64,000 nucleotides of DNA from Pseudomonadota bacterium (GTDB lineage Bacteria; Pseudomonadota; Gammaproteobacteria; Eutrophobiales; Eutrophobiaceae). The notes below the pieces were generated by a model, which was not told the origin of the DNA, made no database searches, and was given only the letters and a program-made list of their open reading frames with translations. The stretch covers positions 306,414 through 370,413 of the forward strand of contig JABFGI010000001.1 in NCBI GenBank assembly GCA_013112535.1, read 5' to 3'. Positions 20,149 through 30,677 of this stretch are shown here, piece by piece; the stretch's first letter is position 1; each line of letters opens with the position of its first letter. Made by a program: the position numbers and the translations under genes.

Positions 20149-22385
20149 TTTTTAGGCATTTCGTGTTTAACCAGTTTACTGATTTTATTCATCCAGCTAT
20201 TCTCTTCATTATTTGATTCATATGACTCTGCAAGTTTCGTCAAACCGATGTAATCAGTTTTCCCGGTACTTAATACGGGAATTTTATCGACAACAATAAT
20301 TTTTTTCGGAACAGTTAACTCGCCAATCTGTTTTTCGCGAGCAACTTGTTGCAATTGCCTGCGTTCCGCTTTTTTATATTCTGTAACAAGCACTACTTTT
20401 TCGCCTTTACGCTCATCATAAATGGCAACAGCAGCATGGTTATTATCCGGCCAGCTTAATGTAGCCAGTTCTTCTGTGGCAGATAAGGAAACCATTTCAC
20501 CACCAATTTTGGCAAAACGTTTTGCTCGTCCTAATATAGTAATAAAACCTTGATCATTGATTTCGGCAATATCACCGGTGTCATACCAGCCTGCGCCTCG
20601 TTCAGTTGAGGGAGAATGTAATTTGCCCGGTTTGTCATGAAATAAATAACCTTGCATAACATTGGGCCCTTTAACGACCAGATGTCCACCGCGTTCGATA
20701 CCATCGACCGGTTTTATATAACATTCCATGCCAGAAATAAGTCGTCCAACTGTACCAACTTTATTTAACATCAAGTTATTAACAGCAATAACAGGACTTG
20801 TTTCTGTAACTCCGTATCCTTGAATAATCCGAATACCATATTTATCTGACCATAACCGACTTGTGTCGTCATGTAGTTTTTCTGCTCCGGCAACGGCAAC
20901 TTTTACAGAGTTAAAATCATAAGGATGGGCATAACGTGCATAACCTTTAAAGAAGGTATTGGTGCCGAAAATAATCGTTGCACGCAGTTCATATATTAAT
21001 TCCGGAATAAGTCGATAATGTAACGGTGTCGGGTAAAAGAATACTTTGGCACCACCAAACAGCGGCATTAAGAAACCGGCATTCAGACCGAATGAATGAA
21101 ACAAGGGCAAGCAGGTAAAAACAAGTTCTGATGGATTAAAATAAATATGGCAACGAACCTGGGCGTAATTTGCTAAAAGGTTTTTATGCGATAGCACAAC
21201 GCCTTTTGGATGTCCTTCCGAACCTGATGTGAATAAAATAACAGCAGCAGCGTCATGGTTTCTGTTCAGGTTTTGTTTTGTGTAATACTTCGCAGGATTT
21301 CTGCTCATAAATAAAGCAGCAAGTTTTGTTGTTATGCGAAGATCTTTTTTCAAATCTTCCAGATAAATAACGGTGTAATTTTTATCCAGATCGGCAATTA
21401 ACTGTTCCAGTTTGGCATTTTCAATAAAATATCTGGATGTGTAAATTGTTTTGAGTCGGGCAGTTTCGCATGCACGATTAACGGCAAGTGCTCCGGAAGT
21501 AAAATTCAACATGGCCGGAATACGACCAATAAATTGTAAGGCAAAAAATAACACAGGTAAGGCATTTACATTCGGCATCAAAATTCCGATGTGTTCACCA
21601 GCTTTGGTTTGCTTTTTTATTAAGTGACTTAATAAAATGCTGCGTAGAATTAGCTGCTGATAATTTAGAGTGTCTTTGCTGATGTCCTGAAAAACAACCT
21701 GTTTTTTACAAAAAGTATTACTTGCTTCAATCAACGAAGCATAAAGTGTATTACGTTGATTAAAGCTCGAGTAGGCGAGTTTATGCATCAAGTCCTGCAT
21801 TTGTATTGACGCTTTTTTTCTGCGTTCATGTCCCGATATGTGTTCGGGAATCGATATTTTCTCCGGAGGTAAAATGCGAAGCGTGATTTTTGGGAACCAG
21901 CGTACAAACCCCTTTCCTTTCATGTAGGATAATTTTGAAAACTGGGCACCATCTATTGCAACGGGAAGAATACTGGCATCACTCTTATCAGCAATTAATC
22001 CCGGTCCTTCGTATATTTTCATCTGTGTGCCGGTAATGGTAATGCGACCTTCTGGAAAAATAACAACCTTGTTCTTATCTTTAATAAATTTAATAACAGA
22101 TTTAATTGATAATGGATTGATGGCATCCATTTTGAACAAACGAACAAAGTGTAGAAATGGTTTGAAAACTCTTTTGGCCGCGATATGGGTATTAATGGCA
22201 AAGGTCGGTGTCTCTGGTAACCATGCGTAAAGAAGAATACCGTCAAGCAGTGAAGTATGATTAGCAATGATTAGTACTTTGTCGCCTGCTTTCTCATAAT
22301 TCTCGAGTCCAGTTACCTCGACACGATACAACAGGCGTAGAAGGAGTCTCCAGGATAATTTAAATAGACGTTCCATAAGTATCAT
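20145..22385 (-). CDS. aas: Bifunctional 2-acylglycerophosphoethanolamine acyltransferase / acyl-ACP synthetase
   Basis: N-terminal PlsC acyltransferase HxxxxD (NHTSLLD) plus C-terminal AMP-binding domain; 746 aa. Confidence 0.75.
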   Translation of the reverse strand: MILMERLFKLSWRLLLRLLYRVEVTGLENYEKAGDKVLIIANHTSLLDGILLYAWLPETPTFAINTHIAAKRVFKPFLHFVRLFKMDAINPLSIKSVIKFIKDKNKVVIFPEGRITITGTQMKIYEGPGLIADKSDASILPVAIDGAQFSKLSYMKGKGFVRWFPKITLRILPPEKISIPEHISGHERRKKASIQMQDLMHKLAYSSFNQRNTLYASLIEASNTFCKKQVVFQDISKDTLNYQQLILRSILLSHLIKKQTKAGEHIGILMPNVNALPVLFFALQFIGRIPAMLNFTSGALAVNRACETARLKTIYTSRYFIENAKLEQLIADLDKNYTVIYLEDLKKDLRITTKLAALFMSRNPAKYYTKQNLNRNHDAAAVILFTSGSEGHPKGVVLSHKNLLANYAQVRCHIYFNPSELVFTCLPLFHSFGLNAGFLMPLFGGAKVFFYPTPLHYRLIPELIYELRATIIFGTNTFFKGYARYAHPYDFNSVKVAVAGAEKLHDDTSRLWSDKYGIRIIQGYGVTETSPVIAVNNLMLNKVGTVGRLISGMECYIKPVDGIERGGHLVVKGPNVMQGYLFHDKPGKLHSPSTERGAGWYDTGDIAEINDQGFITILGRAKRFAKIGGEMVSLSATEELATLSWPDNNHAAVAIYDERKGEKVVLVTEYKKAERRQLQQVAREKQIGELTVPKKIIVVDKIPVLSTGKTDYIGLTKLAESYESNNEENSWMNKISKLVKHEMPKN

Positions 22386-22464
22386 TGTACGTATAAAAGT
22401 ACCTTTATGAGAAGGGGGAGAGACTTAAAGTCGAACGTAGGGTATCTTAAATCGAGTTGTATTT

Positions 22465-24096
22465 TCAGGCACCAGTCACATTTTGTTGAACTATCAAGCT
22501 TTGTCCAGGCTGTAAGTGTTTTCCTTTTTTCAGATTGTTCCACTCAAGTATATCTTTTACATGAATATCAAATTTTCTTGCAATTAGCCAAAGTGAATCA
22601 CCCTGTTGCACGATGTAGGCGTTACCGTCTAATTTAGTGCTTTTCGCTACTGTTTTAACAAGACTGGCTTTTTCTTTTCTATTTTTATCATCCTTAACCC
22701 AGACAGTCAGTTTTTGTCCGGGTCTTAAAAGGCTTCTTTTTGATATCCCGTTCCATCGGGTTAGTTGACTGACGCTAATGCCATAATGACGACCGATATC
22801 CCATAAATTATCACCACGTTTTACCGAATAGATATAACGTTTACCATCACCGGTTGTTTTAAGCCCTTTAAATTTTCTGGCATCGGCACTTAGCGAATAA
22901 TATTTTTTTGATTCTTTCGCGGTTGGGATAAGCAAAGAATGTCCCGCACGAATTCTGCTGCTCTTCAAACGATTAATTTCTTTTAAAGCAGAAACACTGG
23001 TCTGGTAGCGAGAAGCAATTTTTCCTAACGATTCACCCTGTTGGATCTTATGTTGTTGCCATTTAATGCGTTCGGATTTAGGTAATGCCGCAATCTTTTG
23101 TTTAAAGTTGTCTGCTTTATCGACAGGAATAAGTATTCGATGCGGTCCTTTAGGATCGGTTGCCCAACGGTTAAATCCCGGGTTCAGGGTATAGACCTCA
23201 TCAATCGATAAACCGGAAAGTTTTGAGACTGTTGATAAATCGATTTGGCTATCAATATTTATCTGCTCAAAATAAGGTTTATTGGCAATTGTTTTGAATT
23301 TTATTTTGTGTTTATCGCTGTGTTTTAAAACTTCTGCGACAGCTAATAAACTTGGAACATAATTACGTGTTTCGCGAGGTAAACGTAATGACCAGAAGTC
23401 AGTGCTTTTACCTGCTTTTTTGTTCCTTCTTATTGCACGAGCAACATTACCTTCACCAGAGTTATAGGCAGCAAGGGCATGGAACCAGTTGCCGTTAAAT
23501 TGTTTGTGCAACGCTTCAAGGTAATCCAGTGCAGCGTCTGTTGAGGCAACAATGTCACGACGACCGTCATACCACCAGTTTTGTTTTAATCCAAAACGTT
23601 TGCCAGTGCCCGGAATAAATTGCCAGATACCGGAAGCGCGTGCTGGCGAATAGGCAAATGGTTGATATGCACTTTCGACAACCGGCAATAACGCAATATC
23701 AAGTGGCATATTACGTTCTTTTAATTTCGTGATGATGTGATACAAATAAGGTTCAGCTCGATCAGAAACACGGTCAAGGTATTCCTGATTTTTAGCAAAC
23801 CAGGCTATTTTTTGTTTAACGCTATTTTTAGTGACATGACGATCTAATTGCAGGTTATCTTTTAGCAACACCCATGCATCGGAATAGTTTTGTTGTTTGG
23901 CAACCTGATTTTGAAGATGTTCATCAACATTAATACCTGATTTTCCGTCAAGATTTGCTATTTTTTCAGAAGCGACGAGTTTCTGATGATTCGAAGTCGC
24001 TGGAACGTCGACGGGGTCAGGTCGAGTAGTGGTGAAATTACAGCCACTTAATATTAGTGGCACAAAGCAAATAATTGCTTTACGTGTCATATGCAT
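22465..24096 (-). CDS. mltD: Membrane-bound lytic murein transglycosylase D with LysM repeats
   Basis: Lipoprotein signal, SLT domain (ESAYQPFAYS), repeated LysM modules at the C-terminus. Confidence 0.8.
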   Translation of the reverse strand: MHMTRKAIICFVPLILSGCNFTTTRPDPVDVPATSNHQKLVASEKIANLDGKSGINVDEHLQNQVAKQQNYSDAWVLLKDNLQLDRHVTKNSVKQKIAWFAKNQEYLDRVSDRAEPYLYHIITKLKERNMPLDIALLPVVESAYQPFAYSPARASGIWQFIPGTGKRFGLKQNWWYDGRRDIVASTDAALDYLEALHKQFNGNWFHALAAYNSGEGNVARAIRRNKKAGKSTDFWSLRLPRETRNYVPSLLAVAEVLKHSDKHKIKFKTIANKPYFEQINIDSQIDLSTVSKLSGLSIDEVYTLNPGFNRWATDPKGPHRILIPVDKADNFKQKIAALPKSERIKWQQHKIQQGESLGKIASRYQTSVSALKEINRLKSSRIRAGHSLLIPTAKESKKYYSLSADARKFKGLKTTGDGKRYIYSVKRGDNLWDIGRHYGISVSQLTRWNGISKRSLLRPGQKLTVWVKDDKNRKEKASLVKTVAKSTKLDGNAYIVQQGDSLWLIARKFDIHVKDILEWNNLKKGKHLQPGQSLIVQQNVTGA

Positions 24097-24158
24097 GGCG
24101 AAATCCTAGGGATTTGAACGGTTTAGGTCAAGTAATTTATTAACAGATCCTGCTATCA

Positions 24159-24935
24159 CTAAAAATTGTCTTTCCAGCTCCTTAATTCAGCGAAAACCTC
24201 GTGCGGATCATCCAGTTTTTTACCCGAATGTGCGCTAACTGCTTCAATTACTCCCTGATTTTCACAACGTAGAAATGGATTGGTTTGTTTTTCTATGGCC
24301 AATGTAGATGGTACCGTCGATTCACCTTTTTCTCTGCTTCGCCCGGCCTGTACTAATCTATCCCAAATGGCTTCATTATCAGGCTCAACAATAGAAGCAA
24401 ATTGCAAGTTAGCAACGGTGTATTCATGCCCGCAATAAAGACGGGTTTCATCGGGTAAAGTTTTGAACTTTGATAAAGAGGCATGCATTTGTGGTGGCGT
24501 GCCTTCAAACATGCGTCCACAACCAGCAGTAAATAGAGTGTCGCCGCTGAATACCATGCCATTAGTGTAATAAGCAATTGCACCAGAGGTATGTCCGGGT
24601 ACATCCAGTATATTGAGTGTCAAATTCAATTCTGGCAGAGAAATACTGTCTCCTTCTGCGACCGGGTTCGTGCTACCTCTGACTGACTCTGTTTTAGGCG
24701 TATAAACGGGAATGTCATATTTTTCAGTAATTTCTACTATACCGTCTACGTGATCCCAATGATGATGCGTAATCAAAATGGTGGTCGGAATTAATTTTTC
24801 TGACTCAATAAGTTTAAGCAAAGGTCCTGCTTCACCCGGATCAACAATTGCGACATGATTACTTGCCTTATTTTTCAGTAACCAGATATAGTTATAATGA
24901 TTGCCGAGAGCAGGTAAAGGTAATATATCTAACAT
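24159..24935 (-). CDS. gloB: Hydroxyacylglutathione hydrolase (glyoxalase II)
   Basis: Metallo-beta-lactamase motif THHHWDHVDG. Start trimmed to the MLDILPL... ATG. Confidence 0.85.
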   Translation of the reverse strand: MLDILPLPALGNHYNYIWLLKNKASNHVAIVDPGEAGPLLKLIESEKLIPTTILITHHHWDHVDGIVEITEKYDIPVYTPKTESVRGSTNPVAEGDSISLPELNLTLNILDVPGHTSGAIAYYTNGMVFSGDTLFTAGCGRMFEGTPPQMHASLSKFKTLPDETRLYCGHEYTVANLQFASIVEPDNEAIWDRLVQAGRSREKGESTVPSTLAIEKQTNPFLRCENQGVIEAVSAHSGKKLDDPHEVFAELRSWKDNF

Positions 24936-24983
24936 GGAATAATGCTCGCAGCACAATCAATTAGAGTCAATATACATAAGATA

Positions 24984-25760
24984 ATGAATGCGGAAAAAAA
25001 TAAAACGGCGACACTAAGAGAAAAGTTCTCGAACTGGTTTGCCAGTCCGCTGGGTAAACGCGTGTTTACAGCAGAAGTGGAAGAATTACAGGACATTTTG
25101 CCAGATATGTTCGGTTACCATATTTTGCAATACAGCTACTCGGCAGAATCAAATTATATTAATGCATCGCGTATCGCTGACAAAACGGTTCTGTTTCTTG
25201 ATGAATCTGAAATACAAAATAGCTTAAAAGCAATTTACACCAGTGCAGAAGAATTACCCATTGCTTCAGACAGTATTGATGTAATTGTGTTGCCACATAT
25301 ATTGGAGTATTCAAAAGATGCACATAAATTACTACGCGAAATGGATCGTGTTTTGATTGGTGATGGTCGCGTTGTCATTATCGGTATTAATCCCATCAGT
25401 CTATGGGGCCTATGGCATTTGTTTTTATGCTGGTGGGGTAACATGCCGTGGAGTGGACGTTTAATTTCTATTCCAAAAATAAAAGATTGGTTGTCGTTGT
25501 TGGATTTTGACGTAAAGAAAACCAAATGTTTTTTCTTTTCTCCACCACTACGTAGTGAAAAATGGTTAAATAAATTGATACCCCTGGAACGCCTCGGACA
25601 CTATTGTTGGCCGATACTTGGCGGTTTATATGTGATCGTTGCAAAAAAGCGTGTCATACCTTTAAACCCAATCAAAATGCACTGGACGGCTAAAAGAAAA
25701 ATATTAGGTTCGGGTGTTATTGAGCCAACAACACGATCTTCATTAAAAAATAATGGCTGA
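24984..25760 (+). CDS. YafS-like class I SAM-dependent methyltransferase
   Basis: Colinear with E. coli YafS and in the same position, between gloB and rnhA. Confidence 0.7.
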   Translation: MNAEKNKTATLREKFSNWFASPLGKRVFTAEVEELQDILPDMFGYHILQYSYSAESNYINASRIADKTVLFLDESEIQNSLKAIYTSAEELPIASDSIDVIVLPHILEYSKDAHKLLREMDRVLIGDGRVVIIGINPISLWGLWHLFLCWWGNMPWSGRLISIPKIKDWLSLLDFDVKKTKCFFFSPPLRSEKWLNKLIPLERLGHYCWPILGGLYVIVAKKRVIPLNPIKMHWTAKRKILGSGVIEPTTRSSLKNNG

Positions 25761-26196
25761 AAAAATATATATCTACTCGGATGGCGCTTGCCGCGGTAAT
25801 CCGGGGCCGGGCGGCTGGGGCACCTTATTAAAATTTAATGGAACAGAAAAAGAACTTTATGGAGCTGAAGAAGACACGACTAATAATCGCATGGAATTAA
25901 TGGGTGCAATAAAAGGTTTGGAAGCATTGACGAAAAAAGATTGCAAAGTTGTGCTAACAACAGATTCTCAATATGTTATGAAAGGTATTACCGAATGGCT
26001 GGAAGGTTGGAAAAGTCGCAACTGGAAAACAGCTGCAAAGAAACCGGTAAAGAATCAGGATTTATGGCAACGTCTGGATGAAGCCTGTCAGGGGCATCAA
26101 ATAGAATGGCAATGGGTCAAGGGACATAGTGGTCATGATGAAAACGAACGTGTTGATCAACTGGCCAACAAAGCAATTGATGAAATGCAAAGTTAA
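25753..26196 (+). CDS. rnhA: Ribonuclease HI
   Basis: [16 protein letters not shown] and TDSQYV motifs. Confidence 0.95.
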   Translation: MAEKIYIYSDGACRGNPGPGGWGTLLKFNGTEKELYGAEEDTTNNRMELMGAIKGLEALTKKDCKVVLTTDSQYVMKGITEWLEGWKSRNWKTAAKKPVKNQDLWQRLDEACQGHQIEWQWVKGHSGHDENERVDQLANKAIDEMQS

Positions 26197-26204
26197 GGAT
26201 TAGC

Positions 26205-26921
26205 ATGAGACAAATTATACTTGATACAGAAACAACCGGATTGGAACCGAAACAGGGGCATCGCATTATCGAAATCGGTTGTGTCGAATTAATTAATCGA
26301 CGTAATACCGGTGAGCACTATCATCAATACATTAATCCCGATCGAGAGATAGATGAAGGTGCATTCAATGTGCATGGTATTAGCAATGATTTTCTTGCTG
26401 ATAAACCACGCTTTAAAGATGTTGCTCAGGAATTCATAGATTTTATTCGCGATAGCGAATTGATTATTCATAACGCTCCGTTCGATGTTGGGTTTATCGA
26501 TGCTGAATTAAAAAAGCTGGGCAGGAAGTGGGGCAAAACGGAACACTATTGCACGATTACTGATACGCTGACCATGGCGCGTGAAAAGCATCCTGGCCAA
26601 AAAAACAACCTTGATGCCTTATGTAAACGTTATGAAATAGATAATTCAAAGCGTGATTTGCATGGTGCGTTACTTGATGCACAAATTCTGCTTGATGTTT
26701 ATCTGGCCATGACCGGTGGACAGGAAACATTAGGTTTCGGTGCTGAAGAAGAGCAGGAAGCTGCAGAGCAAAATGCAATCCGGTTAACCGATGTTAACAG
26801 GAAGCCATTACCCATTATCAAGCCTACAGATGAAGAACTCGCCGCACATGAAAAGTATCTTGAATTACTAAGGGAAAAAAGTGACGGGAAATGTGTCTGG
26901 GCTGATAACGGTTATGAATAG
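26205..26921 (+). CDS. dnaQ: DNA polymerase III epsilon (proofreading exonuclease) subunit
   Basis: Exo I, II and III motifs (DTETTG, HNAPFDVGFI, HGALLDAQIL). Confidence 0.95.
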   Translation: MRQIILDTETTGLEPKQGHRIIEIGCVELINRRNTGEHYHQYINPDREIDEGAFNVHGISNDFLADKPRFKDVAQEFIDFIRDSELIIHNAPFDVGFIDAELKKLGRKWGKTEHYCTITDTLTMAREKHPGQKNNLDALCKRYEIDNSKRDLHGALLDAQILLDVYLAMTGGQETLGFGAEEEQEAAEQNAIRLTDVNRKPLPIIKPTDEELAAHEKYLELLREKSDGKCVWADNGYE

Positions 26922-26925
26922 TAAG

Positions 26926-27249
26926 ATGAAAAAAATCCATATTGCACTGTCAACAGATAAAATTGGGGAAACGGTCAAAGACTACAGCAAACGACTTGCT
27001 TGTGAACCGTGTCTTGTCATTCCAGATCAATATGCATTATGGCGTACTGAATTTATAAATATGTCAATAAGACAAGATGATACTTGTAAACCGGGTCAAC
27101 TTCGCCACCTTGGCTGGGAAGATTCAGAAGCAGATGTGTTTACATCTGAAACTGATGTCAATGGAATACTCTGGGAAAAGTTTAGCGCAAAAAATCAGGC
27201 AGATGAAATTGAACAGACATGGCCTGGAACGGGTTACAAATACAAATAA
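26926..27249 (+). CDS. Hypothetical small protein
   Basis: ATG 4 nt after the dnaQ stop; no confident family. Confidence 0.4.
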   Translation: MKKIHIALSTDKIGETVKDYSKRLACEPCLVIPDQYALWRTEFINMSIRQDDTCKPGQLRHLGWEDSEADVFTSETDVNGILWEKFSAKNQADEIEQTWPGTGYKYK

Positions 27250-27429
27250 TTATTTCTTTTCATGACTATAAGTAATGATTTGTTCCTGAAAAATCAAGTT
27301 TTTTTCCGGAACAAAAGCATGAATCAGATGAGCAAATTGTTAACGAATCGACTATATATTTGTTAGAAACCTTTTCTATCTCATAGTATATAAATGAAAT
27401 GTAATTAATAAAAATCTATTAAAAGAATT

Positions 27430-28254
27430 ATGAGCAATATTTTAGTGCATTCTAAAGCCTTCTTTGATAATGATTGTAAAGGCGAAGATATGTGGGGACA
27501 TTACAAAACGGCTAATGGCGATTTATACGTCGTTGCAGATGGTGCTTCAAATCATGAAGGAAAAAAAACGGGCGGAGATGTTGTTCGTTTTATTGATGAA
27601 AAATTAAAACAGGAAGCGAAAAACATTGTCCGTAGCAAGTATTTAATTGAACTAATCCATTCAATCAACAAAGAGACAGCAGAAATTAACGAAGGTGCTT
27701 ACGCAGCTATAGCCGGAGTGTTACATAGAGGCGATATTTTATTTGCTTTTGGTGCCGGTGATGTTTCAATTCTAGGTAAAAAACCAAATGGAAAGTTAAT
27801 ACAAATTTTACCGCTTGATCTGAATATACAAAAAGATGAAGCAGAAGAAACAGCTAAAACAGAAATAGGAACCATTATTAACGGAAAGGAAATCACGCGG
27901 GAAAATTATATAAAACGGGCTCGTCAATTAATGAATCATGGTTTATGTAATGCTGTTGGTATCGGAGAATCGTTTTTTCTAAATGAAGCAAGGTTTAGTA
28001 CCAAAGATGGCGCCGTCATACTGATCGCTTCAGACGGAATAACCGATCCTTTCATAGAGCCGCGAAGAGAAGCGGGCGCTGTACCAAAGTCTGAAGCTGA
28101 GAAGCTTCATGATGTCATTAATTCTAATGAGACTGCAGAAGGTGCCGTAGAAGCGCTTGGTGATTTAATATGGGATACGCAGGTTAAAGAGAAGGTTAAA
28201 ATAAAGGCGGATGATCGGACTGGTATTTTTTTATACATGAATGCTGAACAATAA
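27430..28254 (+). CDS. PP2C-like Ser/Thr protein phosphatase
   Basis: VADGASNHEG...GGD, ASDGITD and DDRTGIFL match the PP2C metal-binding motifs. Preceded by about 180 bp of very AT-rich DNA. Confidence 0.55.
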   Translation: MSNILVHSKAFFDNDCKGEDMWGHYKTANGDLYVVADGASNHEGKKTGGDVVRFIDEKLKQEAKNIVRSKYLIELIHSINKETAEINEGAYAAIAGVLHRGDILFAFGAGDVSILGKKPNGKLIQILPLDLNIQKDEAEETAKTEIGTIINGKEITRENYIKRARQLMNHGLCNAVGIGESFFLNEARFSTKDGAVILIASDGITDPFIEPRREAGAVPKSEAEKLHDVINSNETAEGAVEALGDLIWDTQVKEKVKIKADDRTGIFLYMNAEQ

Positions 28255-28329
28255 TAGACCTTTTTACATTGATTACCCGTTTAAATTAAGTAAACTCATA
28301 TTTAATTAATATTAATCAGGATTTATCTA

Positions 28330-28518
28330 ATGCAAAGCGCAAAACAAGAAGTTGAAACAATGTTACAGCACTTACCAGAAGATAGCACATTTGAAGATAT
28401 TCAATATCATCTCTATGTACTGGAAAAAATTCGTCGAGGAACAACACGAGCAGAGACAGAAGGAATATTAACTCAACAGGAAGTTGAAGAGAAACTGCGA
28501 AAATGGATTATCAAGTAA
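28330..28518 (+). CDS. Type II antitoxin partner of the RelE/ParE toxin
   Basis: 62-aa acidic protein overlapping the downstream toxin gene by 16 nt. Confidence 0.5.
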   Translation: MQSAKQEVETMLQHLPEDSTFEDIQYHLYVLEKIRRGTTRAETEGILTQQEVEEKLRKWIIK

Positions 28519-28814
28519 CCTGGTCGCCTGAAGCAGTAGAAGATATTGAAGAAATCGCACGATATATTGAAAAAGATTCTCCCTCCTATGCTCAAGCAGT
28601 TATAGAACAAATTATTGATGCATCACGACAATTAAATCAATTGCCTTTACGAGGTCGAGTAGTTCCTGAATTAGAAGATGAAGCTTATCGGGAATTATTT
28701 ATCTATAGTTACAGGTTAATTTACCGTGTAAAGGATAAGCAGGTAATAATTCTTGCGATCATTCATGGTAGACGTCTTTTAGAAAAAGTAGAAGGGCGGC
28801 TTTTAGAAAACTAG
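28503..28814 (+). CDS. RelE/ParE-family type II toxin
   Basis: 103 aa. WSPEAVEDIEEI...LIYRV...ILAIIHGRR is typical of RelE/ParE. Confidence 0.75.
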   Translation: MDYQVTWSPEAVEDIEEIARYIEKDSPSYAQAVIEQIIDASRQLNQLPLRGRVVPELEDEAYRELFIYSYRLIYRVKDKQVIILAIIHGRRLLEKVEGRLLEN

Positions 28815-28819
28815 ATGAA

Positions 28820-29177
28820 ATGATTCAGGGAAAGAAATCAATACTCATTATTTTATTGTCACTATCTTTACTGATAGCTGTTTACGATTTAATTCTATTC
28901 ATAAATTCGATTTTCCCGACCGATTATTTGCAAACCTGTTTCGGTCTTGTCTTTTTGGTTCTTGTCATTATGTGGGTTGACCTTGATAGTAAGGAACAAA
29001 ATAGTATTTACAGGCCGTATGACTATGGTTTTTTTAATGTTTATTTTTTGGATTCCATATTTACCTTACTATTTTATAAAAACGAGAGGGATTAAAGGTT
29101 TTTTTATTTTATTAGGGTTGATCGCGTTGCTTAATTTGGGATTGATTTTGCAGTGGTCGTATTATTTTCTTACTTAA
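28820..29177 (+). pseudogene. Small hydrophobic ORFs in two overlapping frames; possibly one frameshifted membrane protein gene
   Basis: 91-aa and 76-aa hydrophobic ORFs overlap at 28947..29095 in different frames, near T-homopolymer runs. Confidence 0.3.
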
Positions 29178-29357
29178 CATTAGTTTCGCCTTTAAACGGC
29201 GACGTACTTCTTTTTGAAAAAGTTTTGTACATGGATGTATTTATGCTGCGATCGAATGGATGCGAAAGAGCAGCGGAAGTGCCATCAGGCGAAGTGCAAA
29301 ATTAAAAAATAATTATGAAGTTTTTTACTGGTTTCCCGTCTACACGGGAATGACGAA

Positions 29358-29394
29358 GGAAAGAATTAAGGATGGGCTAAGAACTAACCCATCC
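29358..29394 (-). terminator. Rho-independent terminator downstream of grxD
   Basis: GGATGGG...CCCATCC hairpin followed, on the minus strand, by a T-rich run. Confidence 0.6.
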
Positions 29395-29406
29395 TAAATA
29401 AAGTTA

Positions 29407-29721
29407 TTATTTTACCGCTTCTTGCGTCATTTTTTGTAATTCGCCTTTTTCGAATAAGTCCATGACGATGTCACAGCCGCCGACGAGTTCGCCTTTGATA
29501 AAGACTTGCGGGAAGGTTGGCCAGTTTGAGTATTGTGGCAGGTTGGCGCGAATGTCCGGATTGGCCAGTACATCAACGTAGTTAAATTCTACTTCACAAG
29601 CTTTTAGTGCTTCTGATGTGCGCATGGAAAAACCGCATTGAGGGAAGTCAGGTGAGCCTTTCATAAAGAGTACAATCGGGCTTTCTTCGACGGTTTTTTT
29701 TATTTCTTCAAGTATTTCCAT
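29407..29721 (-). CDS. grxD: Monothiol glutaredoxin (Grx4 type)
   Basis: CGFS active site and GGCD motif. Start set to the internal ATG with GAGGT ribosome-binding site; the track ORF carries a spurious 54-aa extension. Confidence 0.85.
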   Translation of the reverse strand: MEILEEIKKTVEESPIVLFMKGSPDFPQCGFSMRTSEALKACEVEFNYVDVLANPDIRANLPQYSNWPTFPQVFIKGELVGGCDIVMDLFEKGELQKMTQEAVK

Positions 29722-29960
29722 TGGGATACCTCGGTAAGTCAGTCTGGGATAAGTTATTTGATTGCGGCGGATTATACCTAAAAGGCTTATTTGATCACTA
29801 TCTGATGCTAAGCTATTGATTATATTTGTCCTGAACTGACAATTTCGGCAGATTATCTTCAGTTTGGGGGTGTCAGCATGCATTCAGACCAGTATAATCC
29901 CGCAGCAACAGCATCTTATTATTTATAAGAAATCATTTTATTATCATCGGGGGAAAATAA

Positions 29961-30548
29961 ATGAATCCACTTAAGTCTGTGCACGGTACACTTGCAGTTG
30001 GTTTTATCACTGCAATCATTATTATGTTTTTGGTTGGCGGCAAACCTGAATTCAACCTGTGGTCATTAACCGTTTGGCTTCATGTTTTTTTTGGCGTTAT
30101 CTGGATTGGTCTGCTTTATTATTTTAATTTTGTACAAGTCCCTGCTGTCGGCGAGGCATTGGCTGATGAAGGTGGTCCTGGTCCTGCTGCGATTAACAAA
30201 TATGTTGCACCACGTGCTTTATGGTGGTTCCGTTGGGGTGCGTTAGCAACCTGGTTAACAGGTGCCTCTGCACTTGAATCAATGGGTGTCGGTATCAAGA
30301 ATGCATTCTTGTTACAAGAAGGTGCTGTCGTGATTGGTCTTGGTGCCTGGATGGGAACAATTATGTTGTTTAATGTTTGGGTTCTAATCTGGCCTAATCA
30401 GAAAAAGATTCTGGGTATTGTTGAAGCAAGTGCAGACGAAATTGCCAAGAGTAAAGGTATTGCATTAATGGCTTCAAGAACCAATACCTTTCTTTCTATA
30501 CCTATGCTCATGTGTATGGTTGGTCAGATGCATAATCTGCCACTTTAA
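29961..30548 (+). CDS. Hypothetical inner membrane protein (4-5 TM)
   Basis: 195 aa, multiple hydrophobic helices; family uncertain. Confidence 0.5.
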   Translation: MNPLKSVHGTLAVGFITAIIIMFLVGGKPEFNLWSLTVWLHVFFGVIWIGLLYYFNFVQVPAVGEALADEGGPGPAAINKYVAPRALWWFRWGALATWLTGASALESMGVGIKNAFLLQEGAVVIGLGAWMGTIMLFNVWVLIWPNQKKILGIVEASADEIAKSKGIALMASRTNTFLSIPMLMCMVGQMHNLPL

Positions 30549-30677
30549 AAAAGTTTTAGTTATTATGATCGAGCCCGGCTCAATGCCGGGCTTGTTATTT
30601 TAGGATGTAATATCAGGTCGGTGCGACGATTTTATAGTTGAGTAAAGTAAGTGAAAATTGTTTTGGTAAGTTAAGAA

